Source of the DNA: Octopus bimaculoides
Lineage: Eukaryota
NCBI RefSeq assembly: GCF_001194135.2
Contig: NC_068993.1
Location: 42,407,825 to 42,471,824 of the forward strand
Direction: 5' to 3'
DNA length: 64,000 bases
Below the pieces are notes generated by a model, which saw nothing but the letters and a program-made list of their open reading frames with translations, was not told where the DNA came from and made no database searches. Positions 40,661 through 53,528 of this stretch are shown here, piece after piece; positions within the stretch are counted from its first letter, which is position 1; every line of letters begins with the position of its first letter. A program made the position numbers and the translations under genes.

Positions 40661-41811
40661 GAGTCTCTGCTATAAACTATTTTTTCATTTCATATAGATT
40701 TATTTAGTTTAGTGTATATAGCTACTTTCTACATTTCTAGTTAAGTAATTCGAACTTAATCGAGATTTGCACATATTAAAATATATAACGTTGCAGTTTT
40801 TATATTTAAAAACAAAGTTTGTATAGGAATTTGAAAGATTGATTCGGTGTCTATATCTCAAGAAGAGGAACGACACAGAAACACATGCGTCCTACAGTCT
40901 GATAGCATCATTCATATTCCAATGATATGTTCTAACACATATTGCCTATGCGGAGAATTTTCTCCTGAGGCTATTTCGGCAGTGAAAAGTATCACTGCGT
41001 CCGAGTATACATGATCTCGTTAAATGTGATTGTACATCTACATTTTTTTACAACGCAGCTTCGCGCGCCTCCAGCTGATTAATTCTAGCTCGACTACACA
41101 TATGCACTTTAGCGAACGTGATATTTACTGATGTTATAGTTATATATAAGAGCGATTCTTCTTAGAAGGCTAGGAAACTAAATGATTCTGTTTCAGAAAT
41201 GCTGCGACCCATTGTCCGATGATGGCATTCGTAGCCAAATAATATATTTTTAACCATATTGCCTGTGAAGAAATTTTTCTACTGCAACTATTTCTGCACT
41301 GAAGCATCTTCCCACGTCCAAATGTACAGGAACGCGTTAAATATAATTGTACACATATTTCGTTCAACGCTGCTTCATGTGCCTCCAGTTAATCTTAATT
41401 CAAATTGTTTTCAGCTATAATTTCATTGATACCTTTAGTAGTATTCTGCAAAAGAAAGTACATTCTTGTGGCACTTTGAGAATTATATGTAATTTATTGC
41501 TCCCAGCATATATATTAAGCCTCAAGCTGTTGGTGTACTTTGCTATAGATTGTATATGAACAAAGAGATGTGATTTGAATTCACAGACATTTTAACTTAC
41601 TATTTACACCTCGTGTGTTACGGATTCCAATTCGTGAGTGTATATAAGTTAGTTTTATTCAATTATCTTTTGTTTGCCCTGCAGTCCAAGGAAATTTAGC
41701 TTGTGATTTTAATATACGCCTGGTTACCAAAAGGACGTGCGTGTTCCGAGTATATAATATATCTTTAGTTCCACATACTTGCCTAAGGTTGTTTTTATCC
41801 AGACACAATAC

Positions 41812-41846
<35 letters not shown>

Positions 41847-42444
41847 NNNNNNNNNNNNNNNNNNNNNNNNNNNNNNNNNNNNNNNNNNNNNNNNNNNNNN
41901 NNNNNNNNNNNNNNNNNNNNNNNNNNNNNNNNNNNNNNNNNNNNNNNNNNNNNNNNNNNNNNNNNNNNNNNNNNNNNNNNNNNNNNNNNNNNNNNNNNNN
42001 NNNNNNNNNNNNNNNNNNNNNNNNNNNNNNNNNNNNNNNNNNNNNNNNNNNNNNNNNNNNNNNNNNNNNNNNNNNNNNNNNNNNNNNNNNNNNNNNNNNN
42101 NNNNNNNNNNNNNNNNNNNNNNNNNNNNNNNNNNNNNNNNNNNNNNNNNNNNNNNNNNNNNNNNNNNTATATATATATATATATTACGGAGATGTACTTG
42201 CATAGCAAGTGACCTGATCTGAGATCGTGTGCTGGAACGAAAACAATTGCGGTGTGGAAAGTGTTTATTAGTCATGTAGGAAACACACAAAAACCGTTAG
42301 ATTCACTTCAGCATTTAAATTTAATTTGCCAAAATATTTTCGTCGCTTTGAAACCGCGACCTGTTCACTGACAAAATTCCGTGCTGCACGGAATTTTGTA
42401 TGGACTCGTACAAAGTTTGAATTGTTTCCAAATGAATTTTTGTC

Positions 42445-42593
42445 CATTCGACAGCTAAAACAGTCCTCAGTTCTTGTAGTCATGATGGTGGAGGATGTCG
42501 ACTTGCTTTTCTAAAATGCACCATAAATGTTCAATAATATTCAGATCTGAGGACTCTGATAGTCAGATGAGATGTCCAACTTCACCAGAATGT
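42445..42593 (-). mobile_element. Tc1 transposase C-terminal fragment related to the 27211 element
   Basis: tttctaaaatgcaccataaatgttcaataatattcagat is identical to about 27370-27408, with similar flanks. It encodes ..DLNIIEHLWCILEK on the minus strand. Confidence 0.88.
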
Positions 42594-42985
42594 GGCCGTG
42601 GGGTAAAAAGCTTGCTTCCCAACCACATGGTTCAGAGTTCAGTCCCGCTGCGTGGCAACTTGTGCAAGTGTCTTCTACTATAGCTTCGGGCCGACCAGAA
42701 CCTTGTGAGTGGGTTTGGTAGACGAAAACTGAAAGAAGCCCATCGTACATACGTATATATATGTGTGTGTGTTTGTGTCTATGTTTGTCCCCCTCCCCTC
42801 AAAGGCCATATCTTCACAACTGATGTTGGTGTGTCTACGTCCCCGTAACTTAGCGGATCGGCAGAAGAGAGCTATAGAATAAGCACCGGCTTTAATAGAA
42901 TACGTCCAGGAGTCGTTTTCTTCAACTAAAAGGCGGTACTCCAGGATGGCCACAATCAGTTGACTGAAACAAGTAAAAGAACGAA
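42590..42985 (+). mobile_element. Near full-length SINE family A (octopus tRNA-derived SINE)
   Basis: tRNA-like head (tggccgtggggtaaaaagcttgc...ggttcagagttcagtccc), central gtagacgaaaactgaaagaagccc, internal TA/TG repeat, and 3' aaggcggtactccaggatggccac...tgactgaaacaagtaaaagaa tail. Confidence 0.92.
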
Positions 42986-43492
42986 AGAAAGAAAAAGAAT
43001 ATATATATATATATATATATATAAACATATATGTAAATGTTCATATATAAATATATAAGCAGACATGCATGTGCATATATATTTGCGTGTGTATATTATA
43101 TGCATATGAGTGCTATTGTGTCTGTGCGTGTGTCTGTCTATGCTTGTGAGTGTGTGTATGTGTGTGTGTATGTGTGCATGTGTGTATGTGCGCACGTGTA
43201 TGGATGTGTATGTGTGCACAAGATAGAAATGATTATATTCCCATCAGTGGATTCGTTGTTGTTTTGCTATCACCATTTGGGGGTTTACATCTATTTATGA
43301 TATCTGATATTGCATTCAAGCTCAAAATTTGATATCATTAGTCAAGATTGAACATGCATGTGATACTGTATAAATGTGGTTACGTATAAGCGCCGATGTA
43401 TTACGTATGTAGAAATACATTGAAGCATTCATACATACATATATGTGTTTTTATACATATCACATATATGTTTATATAGCTACGTACGTATA

Positions 43493-43546
<54 letters not shown>

Positions 43547-43583
43547 TACAATATATATATAATATTATGTATGTATATATATG

Positions 43584-43614
<31 letters not shown>

Positions 43615-44543
43615 TTGTATGTATAAATATTTATATATAAATATATATATATACAAACAAATCACACACACACATTTAAATATATATATACATACGTAAA
43701 TAACCTGTTATCTTTTAAGGTCATCAGTCGATTTCGGTGTTTATGTATTAAATACATTTTCGAACATATGCATATAAATCAACCGACAAGAAAAAACTTA
43801 TGGACGAATGCTTTATCATACAAAGATATAATTCCCATACAAAGTAAATCCTCGCCTACGGCATTTTAATATATTTGTTCTTTGACTATGTTAGATAAAT
43901 TTCACCAATCTGTTATTTCATAGTCCCACACAAGTAAATCCCCATATACGTGATTTTTAATATGCGCTATTTGAGTAATAACGATAAAATTTTATCAACA
44001 ATACGTAGTTACTTTAAGCTTTTTGTCGCTATCTGGACAAAGCTAGTTAATGCATTTCTACTTAAGTCTTGTTTAAAAATTTCTACTTGAATTTCTCATG
44101 CATTTGCAATATTTAATACGCATTGATATCTGTTTGATGGCATTTTCATTTCAAATTCTGAATAGATTTTACAAGGTCACCTATTTTAAACGCTAGGTTA
44201 GAATAAGCTCTGTTTTTCGGATCTGGTTGGTATCTTATCTCTACCATTTAGGATGCCACGTTCCATTCATTCCTCTATCCATTTCTCGGAACTTGTGATG
44301 CATCCAATTCACCCATTTTTCCAGCACTACTCATTCTGTCCACAACTTGAAACCATTGTTAGTGTCTTTTATGCATGGGTTGAACTCTAAAAGCGTAAAT
44401 AAAACGTTAACGGCCTCAATCATACTTGTCCCGCATGGCCTGTATATTATTTTCTCTAGAACTTTCTCCAAATTCGACAATCGACGAGTAAATAAGCTCT
44501 CTATAGAATTATGTCTGTATATATACATATACATATACACAAA

Positions 44544-45763
44544 CATGCTGGAAGTAAATAGACACCTTTAATTTTCAAAATTTATGATCTAAGCGACTTA
44601 ATATGTTTTCAGCGGCTAAAATTTACAATGTAATTATTCTTTTTCATTCCAGGTGCCATTATATTAAACATTTGCGAAGAGTAACCATGCCACGCACAAA
44701 AAATTCAGCAAAACTGTCAGATTTTCAAAGAGGTCGTATTGCTGGGCAATCTGAGGCTGGTCTTAGCCAGCCAAAAATTGCCGAAAAATCTTCAAATTAC
44801 TCTTGCTACTGTTAATAGAATTATAGTGCAATTCAAAACCCAAGGAAAAGAATCAACAGATTCTCATTCTGGCTGACTGGTACCCTGGGAAAGGAAGCTT
44901 GGTTGTTTGAAGAGAATTGTGGAAAACGAACCCCGTTCGAAGGCTTCTGACATTGCAAAACAGCTAGAAGTTAGTCCAAGAATTTGGGTATTATGGACGA
45001 GCAGCTAGAAGAAAACCTCTCCTTCAACCAATTAATATCATGAAAAGAAGGGAATGAGCTAAGGAGATGTCAGAAATATACAGTTCATTTTGGGATAGAG
45101 TGATTTTCTCAGATTAATCCAGAATTGTGGACGTGTTTGGATTTGGAGGCTTCTCAACCAAGAATTTGATTTGAAACAACTCCAACCAACTGTGAAACAT
45201 GGCGGTGTCTCTGTAATGGTATGGGTAGCTGTCACCAGCAATGGTCATTCTGAGCTAATCGAATGTGTTGGAACCATAAAGTCTGAAAAACACGTCGAAA
45301 TACTTAAGCAAGGACTATTTCCGATGTATTCACTCGATAACATAACGAAACATTAGTTTTTCTTCATGGAAGGGGGCTCCATGCCACACAGCGAAAAGGA
45401 ATCAGCAATGACTGACCAAAAATGGGATCAAAACGCTTCCTTGGCCGAGCCAATTTCCTGACATGAACCCAATTGAAAATCTTTGGAGCATACTAGATAA
45501 AGCTATACGAAAAACTCGACAGAAACCTAAATCTAAAGATGAATTGATTCGATTGTTGCATGAAAAGTGGACAGAAATTCCTCAAGGGACGATCACAAAG
45601 CTCATCAGTTCAATGCCAAAAAGTGTTTCTGGATTAAAAACGGCAAAGGCAATGTCAACTGAATACTAAAGCATGTAGTCCTACCTATCGATTACATTTC
45701 ACTTGTTTGCTTTGCGTATTAAATGGAATATTTTGAAAATTGAAGGTGTCTACTTATTTCCTG

Positions 45764-45767
<4 letters not shown>
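44544..45767 (+). mobile_element. Near full-length Tc1-family transposon (1.22 kb), frameshifted transposase 44687-45669
   Basis: 37-bp imperfect TIRs at 44544-44580 and 45731-45767. Motifs: MPRTKNSAKLSDFQRGRI, ARRKPLL, QPTVKHGGVSVMVW, GAPCHTA, WPSQFPDMNPIENLWSILDKAIRK and final GMSTEY*-like MSTEY*. Confidence 0.95.
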
Positions 45768-45829
<62 letters not shown>

Positions 45830-46001
45830 ATATATATGTATATATATATGNNNNNNNNNNNNNNNNNNNNNNNNNNNNNNNNNNNNNNNNNNNNNNNNNN
45901 NNNNNNNNNNNNNNNNNNNNNNNNNNNNNNNNNNNNNNNNNNNNNNNNNNNNNNNNNNNNNNNNNNNNNNNNNNNNNNNNNNNNNNNNNNNNNNNNNNNN
46001 N

Positions 46002-46039
<38 letters not shown>

Positions 46040-46811
46040 GAGAGAGAGAGAGGGAGAGAGAGAGAGAGAAAGAGAGAAAGTGAGCGATAAATAGATAGAT
46101 AGATAGATAGATAGCCGGATATATACATATATATAGTTATACATGTATGTATGCATGTATGTAGGTATGTATGTATGTAAGTGCATATGCATATACATAT
46201 ATACGTATTTATATATATATATTATATACATATAAAAAAATATATATACACATATATCCATCTATATACATATATATACATGTATATACATAAACATACA
46301 TTTATGTGCATACTTTTACATACACATACACATGCAAGTACACCCACGCTGATAAAATTGAACACATTTTAAGTTAAATATGCTGAAACTGATATTCGTT
46401 TAACACATCAACGTAACATACATGCCCCATATTTGTTTTACTGCAGCACATAAAATATTGCCAGACAAGATTCTGATCAGAGTTCATTTACCAAATGTGG
46501 AATATTTTTCCACTATTCGCTGTAGCATACATTCCACACATATATAATATTATTATTTCGAATGACATGACATATATATAAATTTCTTTAGGTCAAACAC
46601 ATACATTGTAATATAATAATATGTTTTCCATAATGCATCCACTGCATGTTTTCCCTATGGTAAATATATGTAAGATTCCATAAAATATACAGTACAATTA
46701 TTATGATTTGGCTTTGGTTTTATTTGCGTCATTTCATTGAAAGACACAAATCCGGATACATATTGACGACGTAAAGTTACGATTGAATGAGCGTATATAT
46801 ATTTATAAATG

Positions 46812-46870
46812 TATTCCGGCATGGCCGTAGTCCAATGACTGAAACAAGACATGAAAGACAAAAGATAAAA
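46812..46870 (+). mobile_element. SINE family A 3' end
   Basis: ccggcatggccgtagtccaatgactgaaacaagac. Confidence 0.7.
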
Positions 46871-46952
46871 GATGAATATATAAATATATTGGTATGTATG
46901 CGTAACTATGTATATTTGTGCATAAATATATATATACGTGCGTATGGTATAT

Positions 46953-46991
<39 letters not shown>

Positions 46992-47025
46992 NNNNNNNNN
47001 NNNNNNNNNNNNNNNNNNNNNNNNN

Positions 47026-47384
47026 CCCAGTGGTTGGGGCAGCGGACTCGCGGTCATAGGATCGCGGTTTCCATTCCCAGACCTGGCATTGTGAGTGTTT
47101 ATTGAGCGAAAACACCTAAAGCTCCACGAGGCTCCGGCAGGGGATGGTGGCGAACCCTGCTGTACTCTTTCACCACAACTTTTTGTTTCTGCTGTGCCTG
47201 TAATTCAAAGGATCAGTCGTATCACACTGTGTCACGCTGAATATCCCCGAGAACTACGTTAAGGGTACACGTGTGTGTGGAGTGCTCAGCCACTTGCACG
47301 TTAATTTCACGAGCAGGCAGCTCCGTTGATCTGATCAACTGGAACCCTCGACCTCGTAAGGGACGGAGTGCCAACAACAATAAC
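47026..47384 (+). mobile_element. tRNA-derived SINE (family C), 5' end clipped by gap 46992-47025
   Basis: tRNA-like head cccagtggttggggcagcggactcgcggtcataggatcgcggtttccattcccagacc (A/B box-like), GC-rich body and (CAA)n tail. Little decay. Confidence 0.85.
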
Positions 47385-47407
47385 AGGTATAAATAAATGT
47401 ATGCGTA

Positions 47408-47412
<5 letters not shown>

Positions 47413-47498
<86 letters not shown>
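47413..47498. repeat. (TG)n microsatellite
   Basis: Direct reading. Confidence 0.97.
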
Positions 47499-47502
<4 letters not shown>

Positions 47503-47992
47503 ATGTTTCAAGCTTGTATGTATGTGTACATACATGAAACACAAACTATATTTGAGTTGTTCATACTCTAAGGGTTCGAATTTTGTTTAACCTACCTGAA
47601 TAGTGATGACCATGACAACTCTCGGAGGTAAGTGGACTTCGAGAGCATGTGTGTTAGTAGCTGTGTGTTAGTGCGTTCTTTTGTATAGGATGTCATATTT
47701 TTTGCTATAGTACTTGTTTTGATGAGGATGATTCATGTAAATTTCTCAGCAGCAGCAAGAATCTCCCACAGCTCTCGATTACTGCTAATTTATTCAATGG
47801 AATACTTGTGTCACTTGCCCTATCCATTGATTGAATGACTCTCACCTATCAACCAAGTTGTTATCGAGAAGGCATTTCGGACGGTAATTTCATCCTTTCT
47901 AAAAGAACAGAAAGAACCCTCTTATTGACAAAGCAGAAACGATAAGTATATGGAATCCCGCGAATCATTACTGGAAGATATAGAACATAAGT

Positions 47993-48832
47993 ATTCTTTT
48001 ATTCTTTTATTTGCTTCAGTTTTTTTGACTGCGAACATGCTGGAGCACCACCAGGAGGGGGTTTAGTTGAACAAATCGACTACAGACAGGGCTTATTTTT
48101 TGTAAGCTTAGTACTTATTGTATGGCTCTCTTTTGCCAAACCGCTAAGTTACGGGGGTGTTATAACACCAACATCGGTTGTCAAGCGATGCTGGAGTGGC
48201 CAACACAGACCACACATACATAAATATTAATATATACATACACACACACACACACATATATATGTATATATATNNNNNNNNNNNNNNNNNNNNNNNNNNN
48301 NNNNNNNNNNNNNNNNNNNNNNNNNNNNNNNNNNNNNNNNNNNNNNNNNNNNNNNNNNNNNNNNNNNNNNNNNNNNNNNNNNNNNNNNNNNNNNNNNNNN
48401 NNNNNNNNNNNNNNNNNNNNNNNNNNNNNNNNNNNNNNNNNNNNNNNNNNNNNNNNNNNNNNNNNNNNNNNNNNNNNNNNNNNNNNNNNNNNNNNNNNNN
48501 NNNNNNNNNNNNNNNNNNNNNNNNNNNNNNNNNNNNNNNNNNNNNNNNNNNNNNNNNNNNNNNNNNNNNNNNNNNNNNNNNNNNNNNNNNNNNNNNNNNN
48601 NNNNNNNNNNNNNNNNNNNNNNNNNNNNNNNNNNNNNNNNNNNNNNNNNNNNNNNNNNNNNNNNNNNNNNNNNNATATATAAACAAACATATATACGACT
48701 TGCTTCTTTCAGTTTCCGACTACCCACACACTCACAAGGCTTTAATCATGCCTAGGCTATAATAGAACACACTTGCCCAAGGTGGGACTGAACACGGAAC
48801 CATGTGGTTGGGAAACAAGCTTCTTAACACAA
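47993..48832 (-). mobile_element. SINE family A copy split by gap 48274-48674 at its internal microsatellite
   Basis: 3' half at 47993-48215 (tttgactgcgaacatgctggagcacc...ccgctaagttacgggg) and 5' half at 48690-48832 (cttctttcagtttcc...accatgtggttgggaaacaagcttctt) share the same orientation. Confidence 0.85.
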
Positions 48833-49549
48833 TTCACATAAAGAACTTGAATAAAAGATTTCTACACAATGTAAAAACTGGAAGGACTTCCATCTGTTTT
48901 CACTAACGTAGCATTATTCCTCCAGCATCGAACTTGTTCTAATATTCCTCTCCTGCTTTTTGTTACGCCTTTCTTAATATTTCTCTTGCGACTTCAATGT
49001 TCCGCTTCTTGTAAGTATTGTCAAGCAATATATATTCCGAACAAGATATTTATCTCATCAGTATATGTGCTCCAGCTAGCTATAACCTGACGATGTAATA
49101 AAGTTATCAACTGGTGATACTATGCCTATGTATATCACATGATCTTTCTAACTAATTCCTGATATTCTAGGTAAGACATTATATTCTAAACTAGGAATGT
49201 TTTGTCAGGTAGTGTTACTATGCCAAGATCGATTTTCAAAGTATGTAGATATTACGTAGATGGGTACACACACACCCATATATACATGCATATATANNNN
49301 NNNNNNNNNNNNNNNNNNNNNNNNNNNNNNNNNNNNNNNNNNNNNNNNNNNNNNNNNNNNNNNNNNNNNNNNNNNNNNNNNNNTATATACACATATACAT
49401 AATTAAGGGATCAGCAAACAGTTGCTTCACCACATACCGAAGTTCAGAAATAGCAGCTAAAGAGCTGAGACTCCAACAGATAGCATTACTTGTAACTCAC
49501 AAAGGCAAAACAAGAAGAAAAAACAATGAAAATTAACCAGTCGAAGTTA

Positions 49550-49607
49550 ATCATAGACGCGTTTCAGGCTTAGGAGCGATAACACTCCATTTCCTCTTCG
49601 GTATGAT
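49550..49607 (-). ncRNA. Minimal type-I hammerhead-ribozyme-like motif (Penelope-type), with core substitution
   Basis: Minus strand: AUCAUA-CCGAAGA-[gg..ggag/cucc..ccu]-GAAACGCGUC-UAUGAU. The 6-bp stem I is perfect, stem III is palindromic ACGCGU, and the GUC triplet is present. U4 is replaced by C. Confidence 0.5.
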
Positions 49608-49995
49608 ATTCTAGTTGTAAATTCGACGGTGCTAGCAAATTGTGCATGCATGACAGAGTGAACATCATGCATCGGCACAACCTGAAAACACCTCCGAACC
49701 AACATAGGCCAGCCAGTCCACTATTCCTCCTCAAGAAATTATATATATATAGATAGATGTCTCGACCATACGTGCACTGATGAACAAAAGATGCAGCTTA
49801 CTTCACAGTTTTGCTGTATTAGTTGAGAAACCAGTGGTTTGCCGTTAAGTTAAATGCTTTTAGGAGATTAATTTTTGAAAGTTGCATTTCCCTCGCTTTC
49901 GGTAAATATGTTGCTTATTTTTTGGTAGTTTTTGACTTATTTAGTCCCTCTAAGCGTGAGGCATTACTATATAGTTAATGCCCTTATATAAATTA

Positions 49996-49996
49996 T

Positions 49997-50059
<63 letters not shown>

Positions 50060-50290
50060 TGTGTGTTGGTAGGTAGGTAGGTAGGTAGGTAGGTAGGTAG
50101 GTAGGTAGGTAGGTTGACAGGCAGGAAGGCAGGAAGGCAGGCAGGTAGATAGGTAAGTAGGTAGGTAGGTAGGTAGGTAGGTAGGTAGGTAGGTAGGTAG
50201 GTAGGTAGAGATAGTTAAGATAGACAGATTGACAAGCAGATCGGTAGATCTATCTGTCGATGGCTTCATAGATAGATAGACAGACGGATA
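49996..50290. repeat. Compound (GATA)n/(GGTA)n/(GGCA)n tetranucleotide repeat
   Basis: Direct reading. Confidence 0.95.
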
Positions 50291-51480
50291 GATCAATCAA
50301 CTTATAAATGAAATTACAAAACACAACTCTATGACAGAAACAGAGAACGCAATAACATTGTTGGAGCAACAATATATTTTAGGTCTGGGAACAACGTCAA
50401 TAACAGAATTATCCCGACCAAGAATCCATTTTTATTGTTTCTTTCCATTTTTATTAGCTAATATTTCAAGACAGTGATTTTAGTGCGGCATAGTTTAGTG
50501 ATGTGTATAGAGATAGGCAGCTCTACGCTACGTCTAAAGATGAATGTGTTGTATCCTGACGACAAAAATAAAATATTATTGATAAGTTTAATTTGTCAGT
50601 AAGCTATACGCACTTTGTTGTGTAGATAGGAGTGTGGTAGTCATTGCAGGGCGCATAAGAATTTCTTCGTGAATATTCAATGGTTCGTAAATTTACTAAT
50701 TTATTTAGATATTGGTAGGGGTTAAAGAGGGACGATTTGTGAAGGGACGCGAAGATAATAGCAATATCCATTAGTAAGACTTTATATATTTTGAATAAAT
50801 AAATATATGAAAAGGGGCAGTCGAGTGTAGGGAGTGGTAATAATAAGAATTATGTGTTTCTTTGTATGCATTTATTTGTAGATCCATAGGCATATATAAA
50901 CAAGTGCACACATATTCGTAAAACATGCAATAATTTATATATTCATATGAATAAAACACAAACATAAGATGAAGATACGAAAATCAAAAGAATATAAGTA
51001 TATAAATATATGTTGATATTAATACATGTGTGCGCGTGTATGTTTGTATGTTTTTTTATACACAAGAATCTTTTCAGGGTTCTTTTTTTCTGAGACACGA
51101 TATTAACGCTAGAGCTTATTATTTTTCTAGGTACATTATGAATTTTATATACACAGTTGTTTTGATTTTACAAAATTTTGAAATGCGTATATTAATTTAA
51201 TTTGATCCGCTTCAGCATCCGCTCAAATAAGCTAAATTTTTCTTTCTTGGTTTCTATATCAGAACCACGGCTTTGAATGATCTCAAAATACAAGAGAGCG
51301 TCTGAGATTAAGGAGGCCAAATGAGGCCGAAACACCGGCCTCTGATGATGCATTAACGCCATCTCATGGTTTAAACACACATACCCAAGCTTACTTTTTC
51401 TGTGACAAAATATTAGCGCTGTTTTACACTTACGTATACATTAAGAATGTTAGACATATCGATTAGTATGTGTGAGCATG

Positions 51481-51549
<69 letters not shown>

Positions 51550-51574
51550 NNNNNNNNNNNNNNNNNNNNNNNNN

Positions 51575-51628
<54 letters not shown>

Positions 51629-51693
51629 ATACATACATACATACATACATGTATATATACATACAAGTATGTATATGTATGAATATATATGTA

Positions 51694-51735
<42 letters not shown>

Positions 51736-53528
51736 CGCATACATATATACATAACCGTATATAGCTTTAATAGAGTTAATCAGAAAATATTTTCAAATGA
51801 AATCATTTTTGATTCAGTTACACAATATTATTTATGGGAAGCTCAATAATATTCAGTGATTTTTCCTAATCTTACAGCTAGCTCCGGGGTGGAGTTGTTG
51901 AAAATCTCGAAATAGAAAATATTGGTTTGTGATGTTGTGTTTTATTTGAACACAAGGAGTGATATATTAAAAAGTGAATTCTTACCTTAAATGAATAAAT
52001 GCCTGAGGAAGAAATATGTCTCTGAGTGCATAAAGAAAATTTAAATAAAAAATATAAGTTTAAAATAGTATACTAGTTGGATGGCTATGTACTATTTTGG
52101 ATAAACTGTTTTAAAAAACGAATAACATCTGTCAAGCATGATGTGCAACTAGGCGGTGAAAATAACTGGTTGTTTTTTATTTAACGAGAAAATATTTTAT
52201 AGGAAATATTTCCCAATATATCGGGATATATTTAGAGATATCGCACTTTACAAATATTAATCGGTGCTGTAAAGCCAATCCCTTATATCTCTAGCCTAAA
52301 GTTACGAAAAGAAATTAGATTTATACACTCTATTGAGAAGTAATCTAGATATTGATTTTTCCTGAACATGTACGTTTTATGGAGCTGTAAAGTTCCTCCC
52401 AACTAAAACCCTTCAAAATTATGTGATAAATTCAACCGTTTCCTAGTTTCAGTATTTGTTATCGTTGAGAATTATATGTCCACTGCTTCAATAGAGTGGA
52501 GTGAAGAACGCGTCAATAGCACAGGAATCTAATAAACGTATGACTAATCATACGTAGAGATGTAGCTGATGTCATCACATTCAAGAAGATTTCTCTTTTT
52601 TAAATTGCCATATTCTTACTTTCCCTAAATGTTTGTCAATATCCTTCGAAATATTGAATAAGTTTTATATGCAGTTTTAACGTTTATTTCTTTAATTTTG
52701 ACAAACCTGAACTGCATACTTGCTTATGAGTATCTTAATTCGATATTACTCATAGGAACTTATTTTTAGGCTTATTGTTAGAGTTGCATTCATTACAAAC
52801 ACTTGCATATATTTTTGTTGTTGTTGTTGTGTGTATGTGTGATCTTTTTTTGTTTTGTTCAATAAACGAGGTTTGTACAATAAACGAAGCTTCTCTCTTA
52901 GTTCAAATGTTTCTTATCTCGTAGCGTAACTTTCTGTTTTTAGTATCAGCCAACAAATTTTTAGCCATAATTTTCCCCAAAAAAAAAGATTTGTAAAATA
53001 AAATTTACGATAAAAGAGCAATTTATTTGATAAAAAAATATGCATTTCCATTTAATGATGAAAACAATGTTCCATTCGTTTCACTGTGTTGACTGTTTAT
53101 CTTAATTGGATATCTGTCTAATTCAGCATATAATGTTGCCATATAAACATATCGATATTTCCAGTATACAGTGGGACTATCATTCATATTAACAATCATG
53201 ATTATCAGCAGTTACTAAAGTCTCACTTATTTTATGTCGACTGTCATCATTTTTTTTTTTAAATACAAGTACAGCCATGCATATAAGCAATTAAATTTAG
53301 ATGGAGGATAGTAGAATCAATACAAAGTTGGTTGCTAAACTCTGAAAGTTAAGTAAGATTTATCAAATTCAAAAAGGCAGCTATAATTATATTGCTATGA
53401 AAATATTGATCTTGTAGGACGCTGGTGCCTAACCGTTACATATTTAAGGTGTTAATTTATTTTACTCTTTGAATCTATCTAACGATATATAACACCAACA
53501 AGTCTATGAACTTATATATTCCTACCCT

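Noticed and set aside
43834-44000. Diverged ~91-bp tandem pair (ccca.acaa.gtaaatcc)
   Set aside because: Similarity is limited to short blocks in AT-rich DNA; low information.
47026-47100. tRNA gene
   Set aside because: The tRNA-like head continues into a SINE body and (CAA)n tail. I could not build a full cloverleaf, so it is a SINE.
51192-51380. ORF (..ASLISDALLYFEIIQSRG..) and a hammerhead-like cluster gaggccg-aaacac-cggcctc-tgatga
   Set aside because: No recognisable family or splice context. The GAAA and CUGAUGA boxes are too close and in an order that cannot form stems I and III; only a 7-bp hairpin is real.
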